Shown piece by piece: positions 53,484 to 64,000 of a stretch of 64,000 nt of DNA. The notes under the pieces are model-generated. The model searched no databases. It was not told where the DNA came from and saw only the letters and a list, made by a program, of their open reading frames with translations. Source of the stretch: Macrostomum lignano (taxonomy: Eukaryota); contig NIVC01000200.1 in the NCBI GenBank assembly GCA_002269645.1, positions 577,638-641,637 on the forward strand, given 5' to 3'. How positions within the stretch are numbered: position 1 is the first letter of the stretch; the number at the start of each line of letters is the position of its first letter. A program made the position numbers and the translations under genes.

Positions 53484-56400
53484 TTATTGGTTCATCATTG
53501 TGCGATCACCGACTCTGATTGAGGCGACTCTCACGTGACCGTCCGAACCGCGCATGACCTCCAGCACGCGAGCCAGCGGCCAGTGACCCCGAGGCGAGTC
53601 GGGGCTCACCAGCAGCGCCACGTCTCCAGGTTGTAGGTCAGGCAGCTCGCGGCGCCACTTGCTCCGCGGTGCGAGTCCCGGCAGCCACTCGCGCAACCAC
53701 CGGCGCCAGATCTGCGACACCAGCTGCTGAACGTGACGCCATCTTTTGAAGGACTGCGGGCGATGGCAGCGTCGACCTCCGGTGCAAACTTCCCGCCGAC
53801 TTGCCCGATGAGGAAGTGATTCGGCGTCAGCGGCACATCATCACTCGGATGCGCCGTCTGGTACGTCAACGGCCTTGAATTCAGAAGTGCCTCCGCTCCA
53901 GCAAACGCGCTTAGCAGCTCCTCATCCGTGACGTCCGCCTCCTTCAGAACTGCCCAGATTGCCTTCTTCGCTGCTTTGATCATGATTTCGTGCACCCCAC
54001 CGAAGTGCGGCGCAGCGGGCGGGTTGAAATGCCATCGCAACTGCTGAGAAGCCGTTCGCTGTTGAAGCTTCTGGGTATCCAAGACGTCGACTAGTTCTCG
54101 AAGCTCGCGCGCCGCACCGACGAAGTTCGTGCCGTTTTCCGAGAACAGCTCGATCGGTTGGCCTCGTCGACTGATCATCCGCTGTAGAGTCCGTAGGAAG
54201 GAATCGGTATCCATGCCGAATGCCACTTCCAGATGTACAGCTCGCGTTGCCAAGCAGGTGAACAATGCCAGGTACCTTTTCTGCCGAGCCTTGCCACGGC
54301 CCTGCTTGGTGATGAATGGACCGGCAAAGTCGACAGCGACCCGAGCGAAGGCACGAAGCGGCTCCTTGAATCGGCAAGCGGGAAAGGGGGGCCATAATCT
54401 GGCTGGCTGGTCTGGCTTTCCGTCGGCGACATTCGGCGCACTTTGCTTCCCAAGACTTGATGGCTTCTCTGGCCGAGATGATCCAAAATCGGTTTGACAG
54501 TGCCACCAGAGTTTGGTTTGTGCCTAGATGTTGGACACTTTCGTGGTGATGCTTCACGATGAGCTCCGTCACGCGGTGTGATCTTGGCAGAATGATGGGA
54601 AATCGAGCGCTAAACGGTAGCACATCGGCGAACTTTAGTCTCCCATCAGCGCGAAGCAGGTCGTTGACGTCGAGCTTCGGGTTCAAGTTAGAAATCACAC
54701 TGCGTCCCGGCAACTGCTTTCCTGCTCGCAGACAAGCGATCTCTTCCGCAAACGTTTCTTTCTGGGCTCTCTGGATGATCTTCGATTCAGCTGCTTCAAT
54801 CTCTGCTGGTGATAGCTCGCCAGTATCTCGGTGTCTTCATCAAACGGCAGTTGTTAGCGAACCTGGCCACCCAAGCGTGAACACGGACAGCTCTGATCCA
54901 GCTGGAGAAGCGCTCTGGCTCCAGTCGATGATTGCGCTCTAGCACATCGGTGACATACGTTCTCTGGCTCTCACCGGCCGGCGACTGATCCTCGCATCTG
55001 CGTCTCTCTTCCACCTGCTCAGGAACCTGCACTTTGTTACTTTGTTCTTTGGCCAATTCTCTGCCTCTTCTAAGAGAAACTGAGGTCCATGCCACCACAA
55101 CTGGCTAGCCGCCACTGCCTTGATCGATAGTCCTCGAGAGAGCAGATCTGCCGGATTCTTTTCCGTCGAAACATATCTCCACTGGTTCGGCTCCGTTGAA
55201 GCTTGGATCTCGCCCACTCGAGAGGAGACAAACGGCTTGAACATTTTTCCTCGGCCACGAATCCAGTACAACACGTTTAAGCTGTCAGACCAAAAAACTG
55301 CGTCACGAAGCGGCACTTGCAATGACTGCGCTACTTTGCTTGCGAGTTGGACTCCCAGAACTGCTGCCATCAGCTCCAACCTCGGTGTACTCATGGTTGT
55401 GATTGGAGCTACTCGAGTCTTCGAGATGATAAGTCGAACAGAACGTTCACTGTCAGTTGCCGTTTCACTTCTCCAGTAGCATACAGCTCCGTAAGCTTTC
55501 TCGGATGCGTCAACGAACACGTGCAGACTACCCGACAGGGAATTTTCTCCTTCAAGCGCCCTGGAAAGCCGAATCTCGCTTAATGCTTCAGGTCAATACA
55601 CCAGGCGCTCACTCTCGCACTAAGTTCTGCATTCAGCGGTTCATCCCAATCAATACCTGTCTGCCAAAGCTCCTGCATCAGAATCTTCGCCTGCACGACA
55701 AATGGAGAGATCAGTCCAAGTGGATCAAAGACGCTCGCTAGCTTCTTCAGCAGACCTCTTTTTGTGGTCACCTGACGCGACTCGTTTTCATCTTTAAAGG
55801 TAAATTCGTCCTGCTCACTCTGCCACGTGACACCCAGTGTCTTGGTGCTTGGTAGTTCTTTGCTGTCCAAGGTAACTTCTGCTGCACGGTCTTCAGGCGG
55901 GATTCTATCGAGCACAGCTCTCGAGTTCGAGACCCACTTGCGCGCGTGCATGCCGGCGCGCCTCCAGAGCTCACTGAGTTGATCGTACAGCCTGCAGGCG
56001 GCTGCCTCGGTGGGCGCAGAGTCCAGGCTGTCATCCATATAGGTAGAGTGCAGTACTGTCTCGGCCGCCTTGGAAGCTCACCTTTTAACTTTTCAGCATG
56101 GCAGCGGGTAACGAACTGTGCCAAGAAAGGAGAGCTGGTGACGCCGAACACCACTCTGTTGAACTCGTAGACATCCGGTTGCTTTGAAGGATCGGCGTCC
56201 CGCCAAGGAAACTGTGCAGCGGCCTGTCCTTCGGATCCATCTCGATCTGAGATACATTTCCGCTACATCGCATGCGATCGCAATCGGGTGTCGGCGGAAC
56301 CGAAGCAGCACGTCAACCAAATCCCTCTGCAGTTTGGGACCCTGGAGGATCTGCTCGTTCAATCTGGCAGCCGATGCATCAAAGACTATCCGCACTTTTG

Positions 56401-58756
56401 TTGTAGCCTTGTCTGGCCGCAGCACTGGGAAGTGAGGCAGGAAACAGCGGTCTTCAGTCTCAGCTTGCGACACTTTTCGGATATAACCTTGCTGTTCATA
56501 CTTTTCAAGGATCTCCTGATACTGCTTGCAGACGTGCACATCATTAATCAGCCGCTGTTCGGTGTTCTTTAGTCGCTTCAAGGCCATTGAGAAAGTGCCT
56601 GCTGGAGCCAGCCGATCCTTTTTCCATGGAATCCCGATCTGGTAACGGCCCTTCATGTACTTCAGCGACGACTTGGCTTGCTGGACGGCTCTCTCTTCAT
56701 CGGCGGTCAGCGGACTTCGATTGGCACCTTCTGAGACGTTCTCGATCTCCCAAAACTGCCGCAGGATCTTAGCCACCTGACCAGATTCGGAATCGCAGCT
56801 GAAGAAAGTGGCAGCGAAATGGGCGTTCTGCATCTCAGAATTGTCCTGCTCTGTGCGACCGATGCGCGTCCAACCCAGGGGAGTCAGGCGCGCCTTTGGC
56901 TCCAGCGGCTGTCCGACGATTTCCTTGAGGGACACGTGAAGATCCGGGTGATCAGCACCAATCAGCAAGTCCACTACTGCAGGCTCACACAGCTTCGGAA
57001 ACGGCACATTTCTCAGATGAGGCCACTGCTGCGCTTCTTCGTGCCAGTCGACGCCTTTGAGGGACCCGGTCACGTGATCAGCGGTGAAGGCGACGATCAT
57101 TAAGCTGGTCTGACCATCCAGACTTTCCAAGCTAAAGCAGACTGGGGCTGTCATGAAGATCTCTGTTTGGCCATTGATGACTCCGACTTTCACCTTTTCG
57201 AGCGCTCCATGCACTCCAAGCGCCTCTGCTATCCCGATGTTGATGTAGCTCTTGGTACTGGCATCGTCGAGCAAGGCGTTCACCTTCAGCTTCCGGGACC
57301 CGTTCCGTAGGACTACAGGCACCGTTCGTAACGAGATTGCCATTTCACCAGCTGACAGAAGCGTCACCGGTCCAGTCTTTCCTGAACTGGAAGCGGATTT
57401 AGCGTCCTTGGATGCAGTCTGCTTCGCTTCACCAGACTTGGCCAACACTTTTTCTGCATGAAGCAGGCGATGATGGAACTTTGTGCAGCTTTCGAGCTCT
57501 GCGCCGCGTCCCAGCGTTTTTCCACCGGAAGCTCCTTGAACTCACTGCAGGACCACAGCTCGTGATCACCTTGACAAACAATGCAAATCTTTCGCTGTAC
57601 CTTCTTGTCACTGTCCGTAGTAACGAAAGTCTTTGGTCGCTGCTCTCGCTTTTGACGCTCCTGCTGCACGGTGGCAACGCCCTGCACAATCTCTGACGCT
57701 TCAGTCTGAAACTCTGCTTCTTGCAGCACCCAAATTCTCAGATTTCTAACACTCTGCGGCTTCCGCTGCTTAAAGATCCACCTCCGGAAGCTGGTAACCA
57801 TCTGCTCAGGCAACTTTTTCTGCAGCCTCACATACAACATCCCATCTTGAAGCTCTGCCTCTTTACCCGCACCCTCAAGGTTAACGACAGCCACATCCAG
57901 TAGATTAGCAAAGCTTTTGAGATCCTTGGCGTTTCCATTTCGCACGATCGGGAAGCTGTCCAGCTCTTCCAAGTGCAGAGCAAGTTGCCTACACTGTCCA
58001 CCAAATTCTCTCTCTAGTCTCTCTTTTGCAGCCTCATATGCAGCAGCGGAGTGTCCTAGATGTTCTTTAACCTTCAAAGCTTCACCGCTGAGGTACTGCT
58101 TAAGCTGCAGCAACTTGAATTCTGGTGTTGCAGGGCGCTGTCGATGCACGCAACAAAGGCTGCCTTCCAGTTTTCATACTTCTGCTTTTCTCCACTAAAC
58201 GTTGGGATTTCAACACGCTTCAGCATCTTCCACAAATCCTTTGAAAGCTCCTTCGCGTTGGATCCTTTGCTGGACGCAGCACTGCCAGAAAGTTTGTCTA
58301 ACTCACCAGCTGCTTCTTCTTGGTCACCCGCAGCGTTCTCACCGCTTGAACTCGCGGCAGGAGGGGCTTCTTGGGCGCGCTGCAATCCCCGGTTTCTGGA
58401 ACTTTCGACGCGCTGAATGGCAGCTTGGTAGTCACGCTCAGTCTCCTCCATCTCTTCTAGTAGGCGCTGTCGCCTCTCGTTGTCCTTGGCGTCGGCGTAG
58501 CTTGATGCAGTTCTTCCTGGATGGCGCTGACCAGGTCCTGCAGGTCGGATAGAGCGTCGCAGGCAGCTTGCACTTCGTCATCAGAGGCGCGCGTCTTTAG
58601 CAGCCAAGACAGCTTGTTTTTGCAACGAGTGAACACTGATTTTTTCCGGGATTTCTCGAAGCGCAGCTTCTCTAAACGCAGCGCGCCGGCATCGTCTTGG
58701 GCTTCCTGCTGTTGTTCATTGGCGTCGTCACTGTCCATCTTGGTCCTTCGTTTCAC
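53484..58756 (-). pseudogene. BEL/Pao gag-pol of element 2, fragmented by roughly ten frameshifts
   Basis: IPTFSGEK gag, LLDDASTKSY protease, FGVTSSPFLAQ and MDDSLDS RT, FVDASEKAYG RNaseH, HLGTNQT..C.EC, FTCLATRAVHLE integrase, [10 protein letters not shown] end, spread over many short ORFs. Confidence 0.92.
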
Positions 58757-58803
58757 AGTAGGATTCTATTGCTTGCCACGTCAGTGGTAAGTTAGGCTTG
58801 TCC

Positions 58804-58821
58804 AACCACGCTCTGCTACCA
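58804..58821 (-). promoter_or_regulatory. PBS TGGTAGCAGAGCGTGGTT (tRNA-iMet), identical to element 1
   Basis: 18/18 identity with 31125-31142; 3 nt from the LTR. Confidence 0.85.
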
Positions 58822-59271
58822 AAATGTACTGTAGAAATGAAGAGACCGATGGTCCGCCAAACTATTTTGGAGCTGAGGCTCAAGCGAGACGCTAACAAAA
58901 CGAAAAACGTAAACAGTACACAGGGCTCGCAAGCCCTCTCGATGCTATATTTATTTGCAAGTCAGCCAGAATATCAGTCAGCGGTGGGGGGTGGGTGAAA
59001 TGGGCCTGAGCTAGACCCGCGTACATAGCGAACTGAATAAAGCAGTACATTAAATCATGCGATGGAAAGAAAATCAATAAGTTAATAATCTACCTCCCAA
59101 ACAATTTCTAAACGTGTGCCGGGCGCGTCTGGACAGACATTACAAGATAATAAAAGTCAGGTGAACGTCATTTACCGTGCGTTCACCTACCACAACTTTT
59201 GTTAGAATTTCACCCCTTCTTTTCATCCACTTATTTTTTTCTAGGCCTGCTTTAGCCTATCAGAACTCATC

Positions 59272-59307
59272 GCCTGACGATGCCACATGTGTGGCGAAAC
59301 ATGTCGC
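59272..59307 (+). ncRNA. Minimal type I hammerhead ribozyme motif 2
   Basis: gc-CTGACGA-t-GCCAC-atgt-GTGGC-GAAAC-at-GTC-gc; differs from motif 1 only at the free N7 position; predicted cleavage after C59305. Confidence 0.75.
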
Positions 59308-59892
59308 TAAGCTAAAATAATCAAGATGATTCATAATCATTTTGTAAGATAACGCCTCAAATGATAACGTTGTTATTATTACGAGCGTATTAGGCGTAGC
59401 AACCTACCAAAGCTATTTAAATTACAGAAAGAAACAGAGCAGAAAATGGCACAAAATTGCGCAAATGTTCGGGTGCAGTACGCTCGTTAAAACAGAAAAA
59501 AGATTATATGTGCTTGACTACTATGGTAAGTAGAATATGATATAAATATGATCAGAGAGTCAGGCGCGTATGCAAGTATGATGGTGCGAATATTAGGGCC
59601 CTCCAAGCCAATGAAGGCAATTGCCAAGATTGGAGGAAGAAAGGGAGGCGGTGTGAAGAAATGAAGTGATATTCGGTATTTACAGGGCTACATTATTCTC
59701 TCCTAAAACAGTGCAAGGTAGCCGTGCTAACCAAAAAATAATGTAGCACTACGAGTATACGGCGTCCAAGGTCCAAAAAGTTTATAATTACAATATTTAG
59801 CCAAATAATTAATTTCGCTTTTGTCAAAAAACAAAACTCCGGGAACTGTTTTCACTGGTTCTTATTCTGCACATGATGAAGCGTCGGCACAT

Positions 59893-61834
59893 TCACCCTG
59901 CTGTGGAAACCTTTCTAAACGTGTGCCGCAGACAATTTGGCACGCAGGCACAATCGGCGTCTTCACTGCTAATACTGCAGTTGTTGTTCCCGTTGTTATT
60001 ATTAGGCTTGCAATTCGAGCAGAGTCGAGACAGGGTGCGCCGCATTATCACCGATGGGCGATGCTTCTTGAAGGCTTTGAAGAACCGACTTCGAACCAGC
60101 TCTATCTGACTTGGCCAATAAAAGTTTAAAATGGTCTGACGAAATTCGAAATTCTTCTGCAGCAAGTCGATCTGTTGGGTCAGTAGAGCTACGCCAAAGT
60201 TTAACACAAAGACTGCTACTAGAAGAAACGTGCCCACTAGAGGCAGCAACGAGATGTAGTCGCTCACGCCAGGAAAGCTGGCGAGGCTGAATGCGCAGCG
60301 AAACGTACGCCAATGTACTCCACGACGCAAGCCCACGAGTAAAACGAGCATTCGATGAAAGGTTGGCTAAAAATCATTGTAACGCAAACCATTGACACCG
60401 GGAGCATTACGATAATCGTTACCTTTATTGTTGCGCTCATGCAGAAGGCAAGCTTGAAAAACACCTGATGAAATGAACTCATTTCGCACATGAAGAAGTA
60501 CAGCATGAGAAAAGAAAACAAGATGTTGCACACAATGATGGTCTGCAGACGAGTTGGATCCACAATCAGACGACCGTCGAGTTCAAAGTAGCTCGCAGGA
60601 TCGTTAAAAAAGCTCTGCTCCAAGACAATTGACAAAATCTGTTGGAAAATGAATACAATAAAGAATAGTTCTGTTAACCTTACTCCTCTCATTGCCAGAG
60701 TATCTTTGCACAATTGCAGTCCAGTGTGACGCTTGCGCACCAACTTAAGTTGGCTTCGATAATCCATCAATCTAGTAACTATCCAAGACGACAGAAACAG
60801 TATGAATACTACCTGGAGACTGATGCGCAGGTACAAGACGGGCCTGAACCCGGATACGACAGAAGCTGGAATGAGCTGAAGATAAGACTGATTGGAATTG
60901 TCTGTACCAGCAAGGAACACCTGCACATTGGAGTCGAACGTGTCCCTCGTGAATATCCGAACCATAAGTGTCAACAGCTCTGTCGGTACAGAAAAAATAA
61001 TAGAACAGTGACACAAACGACATTGCTTGACTCTTTTTCAGGTGCAAAATGCTGGTGAAGTAGGCCTGTGTTGCCGGACTATTGTAAAAGCAAACATAGC
61101 CACTAGGAATGTTCTCACTCAGAATGACTTGTCCGAGCCTGGTCAGATGCTGGAACGGAGATTTTAGGAATCGGTCTCCGCCGTCGCTGCAGTAGCAGGA
61201 GAGGTCGAACTCCTGGATAGTCAGGCTCGGATCCGTTGGATGCCTCCGTTCTTTGAGTAGGTAGCCGGGAGCGTTGGCGAACGCAGCGGCCAGATGAAAG
61301 CAGTCTCTGGCAGCAGCGTACTCAAGCGCTGTCAAGCATTCGTCTGTCATTTCTACAGTGAGCAGTCGAGCACACGAGTCTCCATGCTGACGAGAGAGGC
61401 GGACAAAGAATCTGGCCAGCTGCATCTCGTCAGTGGAACAGCCCAGACTGGAGCAGCAGAAGTCAACCAGTTGGAACAAGGCGCATCTAGCGGTGTCCAC
61501 AAGTCGAGACTGACGATGAGGTCGATTGTCTCGCTGACCAACTTGTCGTCTCTCGATAGCAGAATGAGACCAAATGGCGACATCTTGAAGTGTTCGTCAT
61601 CGAGCTCACCGTCCGGAACTGCATCATCGTCGCGGCGGTCGCTGTCGCAGCAGAACCGACAGTCGTTGTGCGAAGGCGAAGCAACTCGACAGGTCGACGC
61701 TTCAAAGCGGCCAGGAACTGGTCGAAACTGCTGTCGCACAGCAGCTCCATGGTCTCAAAGTCCGCATCGGTGACCAGCTCATCCACTGTATCGTGCATGC
61801 TCAAAACTTGTGTAGTCTTCGTTAAGCTTTGCAT
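59893..61834 (-). pseudogene. TRPV-like copy B, frameshifted paralog of 43159-45081
   Basis: Highly similar to copy A but split across ORFs 61487-61834, 61353-61739, 60772-61500, 60264-61016 and 59893-60351 by mostly single-base deletions, which may be assembly errors. Confidence 0.8.
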
Positions 61835-62166
61835 GATAGTGAACTTCGCTACAGTTGTAGAAAGTCAAACTGACAAAAAAGTAGCAACTGCGGGCTAACC
61901 AAATACTGCTTTATAACCGGATTGTGTATTGACTTGATTAGTCTCGAGTCCATATTACCTGATCCTTTTTCTGCAGATACTATATTGACTCTCAATCATC
62001 TGACTTGATAAATTTATTTAGCTTTGTAACGTTCTCCCGCAATCATCTAATTAATTAGTATTTGGAAGCGGCTCGTGGACTCTACCAACGAAATAGGTAT
62101 TCTTCATTACTTAGCTATAGCCATCACTACAGTCAATAAAAGCTAGCTTTAACAGTAGGAATGCCA

Positions 62167-62929
62167 TGTGACATTATTGGCGTGGTGGCCTGGAGAGCGA
62201 ACGAAGACAAATAAATGTGGTAGAGGCAGAATTGTAGCGGTAGCACTTGGCAGTAATCGGATCAGCGTTAATACTAACGTAGGATGCAGATTTGGTTTAT
62301 TGTTACTTCCTTTACTTTGATTAACAATGCACTGGCGGCTACACAACAATATAATAATTAGCTTAAATATTAGATGTGGCGTGGCTAGGATTGGCAAAGG
62401 CGTAGCTAGGAGTGGCAAAGACGTGGCTAGAACTAGCAGAGACGGCTAGTGACTAAATAAGGCAGTCAGAGCCTACAGGCTACACAGACTCGCAAGGGTG
62501 CGAGAGGCTAACGAAGTCTAACAGGCCCAGACGGGGTGGCGGCGGAGTTAAAGTCTAAACAGTAGGGCAGACAGGAGCGCCCGGAGCGAGAGGCGGAGCT
62601 AAAGGCGGAGCGAGAGACGAAAGGGACGAGCAAAGGGACGAAAGAAAGTGAAAAGGCCCGAGCGCACGGCCAGACAGAGCTGATAAGGACCGGGCTGGGG
62701 GGGTGCGCGCGCGAGAGAAATTAGTATAATTTATGCGGCGTATTTCTATTGGCTAACTGTAAAAACAGGAACAGAAATTATTGATCGCGCGCTGTACGCA
62801 GAGTTTACAATTGTACGCAGTTGAATAAAATTCTTAGGGCACTACGTTAAAATACAATACCGGCAATATTAAAGATCGGTACCATGTCAAAACGGCCTTG
62901 GCGGGGCCACTGAAACTGACAACGTCACA
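62167..62929 (+). mobile_element. Solo LTR (763 bp), probably Gypsy-type
   Basis: TGTGAC...GTCACA ends, 4-bp TSD GCCA, absent at the paralogous site in copy A (~45450); TATA-like motif at ~62724 and AATAAA at ~62824 suggest + orientation. Confidence 0.82.
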
Positions 62930-64000
62930 GCCAAGCCATTTTCCGCCGATCGAACTACCAAGAGGGGGGAATTCCCCCCCCCCCTGAAAGTTTTTTGCTG
63001 CGCCGGAACGGAGCAACGCAGGCACACGAATTCAAGAACACGGGTAAACATTTTGTTTGCGCTCCTTCTTAAGCAAGAATCAAGTCGCCAGCCCTCCAGA
63101 CCGTCGAGATATTCGATGATTCTGCCAGGTCGGATTTTTCCCACAAGCGCTAGTGTATTCAGTACACCCCTGTGCGCCAATCAGCCCTGCGCCTCAGTGC
63201 CGCCTTGCCAAACTCCAAATTTCATCAACACGTCGACCACATATTTCTGCATCAGCTGTGACTTCGTTGGTCACTGCCTTCACCCAGGCCGAGCTTCTGG
63301 ACCTTCAACTGGTGGCGCAAGGTGACTATGAGCACCCTGATGCGAATTTCTCTAGTTTCGCCGATCAAGCTCGACAGTGGGCAAGCCTCAATTGCTGAAA
63401 ATCCTCAGCTAGTCTCTCGAGCATTCCGTCATCACCCCGACCGTCGGCCTTCAACAGGTGGCACCAGGTGAGTAAGGACACCCGAGTGTGATTTTTCATC
63501 ATGCTCTTAACATTTATGGAGCTCTTAAAATTATTTTAAGCACGGGCATTGCTAAAGTTAAGCTTGAACTTATGTTGCTGTATATTTTTAGTATTATTAC
63601 ACATACTTTTATACGTACATACATATTTTATTTGACAAGTTGTTTAGTTTTTTCAACCATAATATTAAACCCAATTTTTAGGCAGCAAGGGTTATGCTTT
63701 TAAAAAATTAGCGGCTTGCGGAAAAACGTAGTAAGTTGCAAGCGAGAAACGAAAAAGTTTATTAGGCTTTACGCGTCAGGTATAAATTTAAGCACGCGAT
63801 CACATGGGGAGGTGCGCCAAAAAGGGGTACGAACCGCCCCCCCCGACTTAGCATATTGAGTGTCTGTCCGAGTACACCCACCCCCGCTTGGCGAGCAGGG
63901 GGTTTCAGTGCAGATGTACACGCAATCGCTGGCTGCGTGCTGATTGGGCCGCCACACAGCTCCCCAAGCACCGAGCTATGTGTCGAAAATCGTTGAGCGG

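Larger units (their letters stand above)
52435..59103 (-). mobile_element. BEL/Pao LTR retrotransposon (element 2, 6669 bp)
   Basis: 279-bp LTRs at 52435-52713 and 58825-59103 (2 mismatches seen); PPT GGTGGGGGGTA; PBS 58804-58821; imperfect 5-bp TSD CTTTC/ATTTC. Confidence 0.95.

Overview
Repeat-rich animal genomic DNA with GT-AG introns and no prokaryotic features. Its style fits an invertebrate, possibly a macrostomid-type flatworm, but that is inference only. Host genes: (1) an intronless Cys-loop channel (7473-8756 +) lacking most acetylcholine-binding residues; (2) a 5'-incomplete adhesion GPCR (HRM-GAIN-7TM) of at least 19 exons over 13166-34166 (+), with a degenerate GPS cleavage site; (3) a disordered Q-rich two-exon gene (36406-38966 -); (4) a quiver/sleepless-like Ly6 gene (41258-41820 +); (5) a divergent TRPV-like channel (43159-45081 -) with a frameshifted paralog (59893-61834 -) and a third 3'-end fragment. 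Mobile DNA: a 2.4-kb Ty3/Gypsy-type element with identical LTRs encoding only Gag, protease and an integrase remnant; two BEL/Pao elements sharing one tRNA-iMet primer site; a THAP/P-element remnant; two Tc1/mariner deletion derivatives; a tRNA-derived SINE; a solo LTR; and two minimal hammerhead ribozyme motifs that were about 810 nt apart before later insertions. More than 15 mini/microsatellite arrays account for most of the long ORFs in the track. Top leads: the Gag-PR-only retroelement, the hammerhead pair at a gene-duplication junction, and the three atypical receptor/channel genes. Coordinates were read by eye and no database searches were run.
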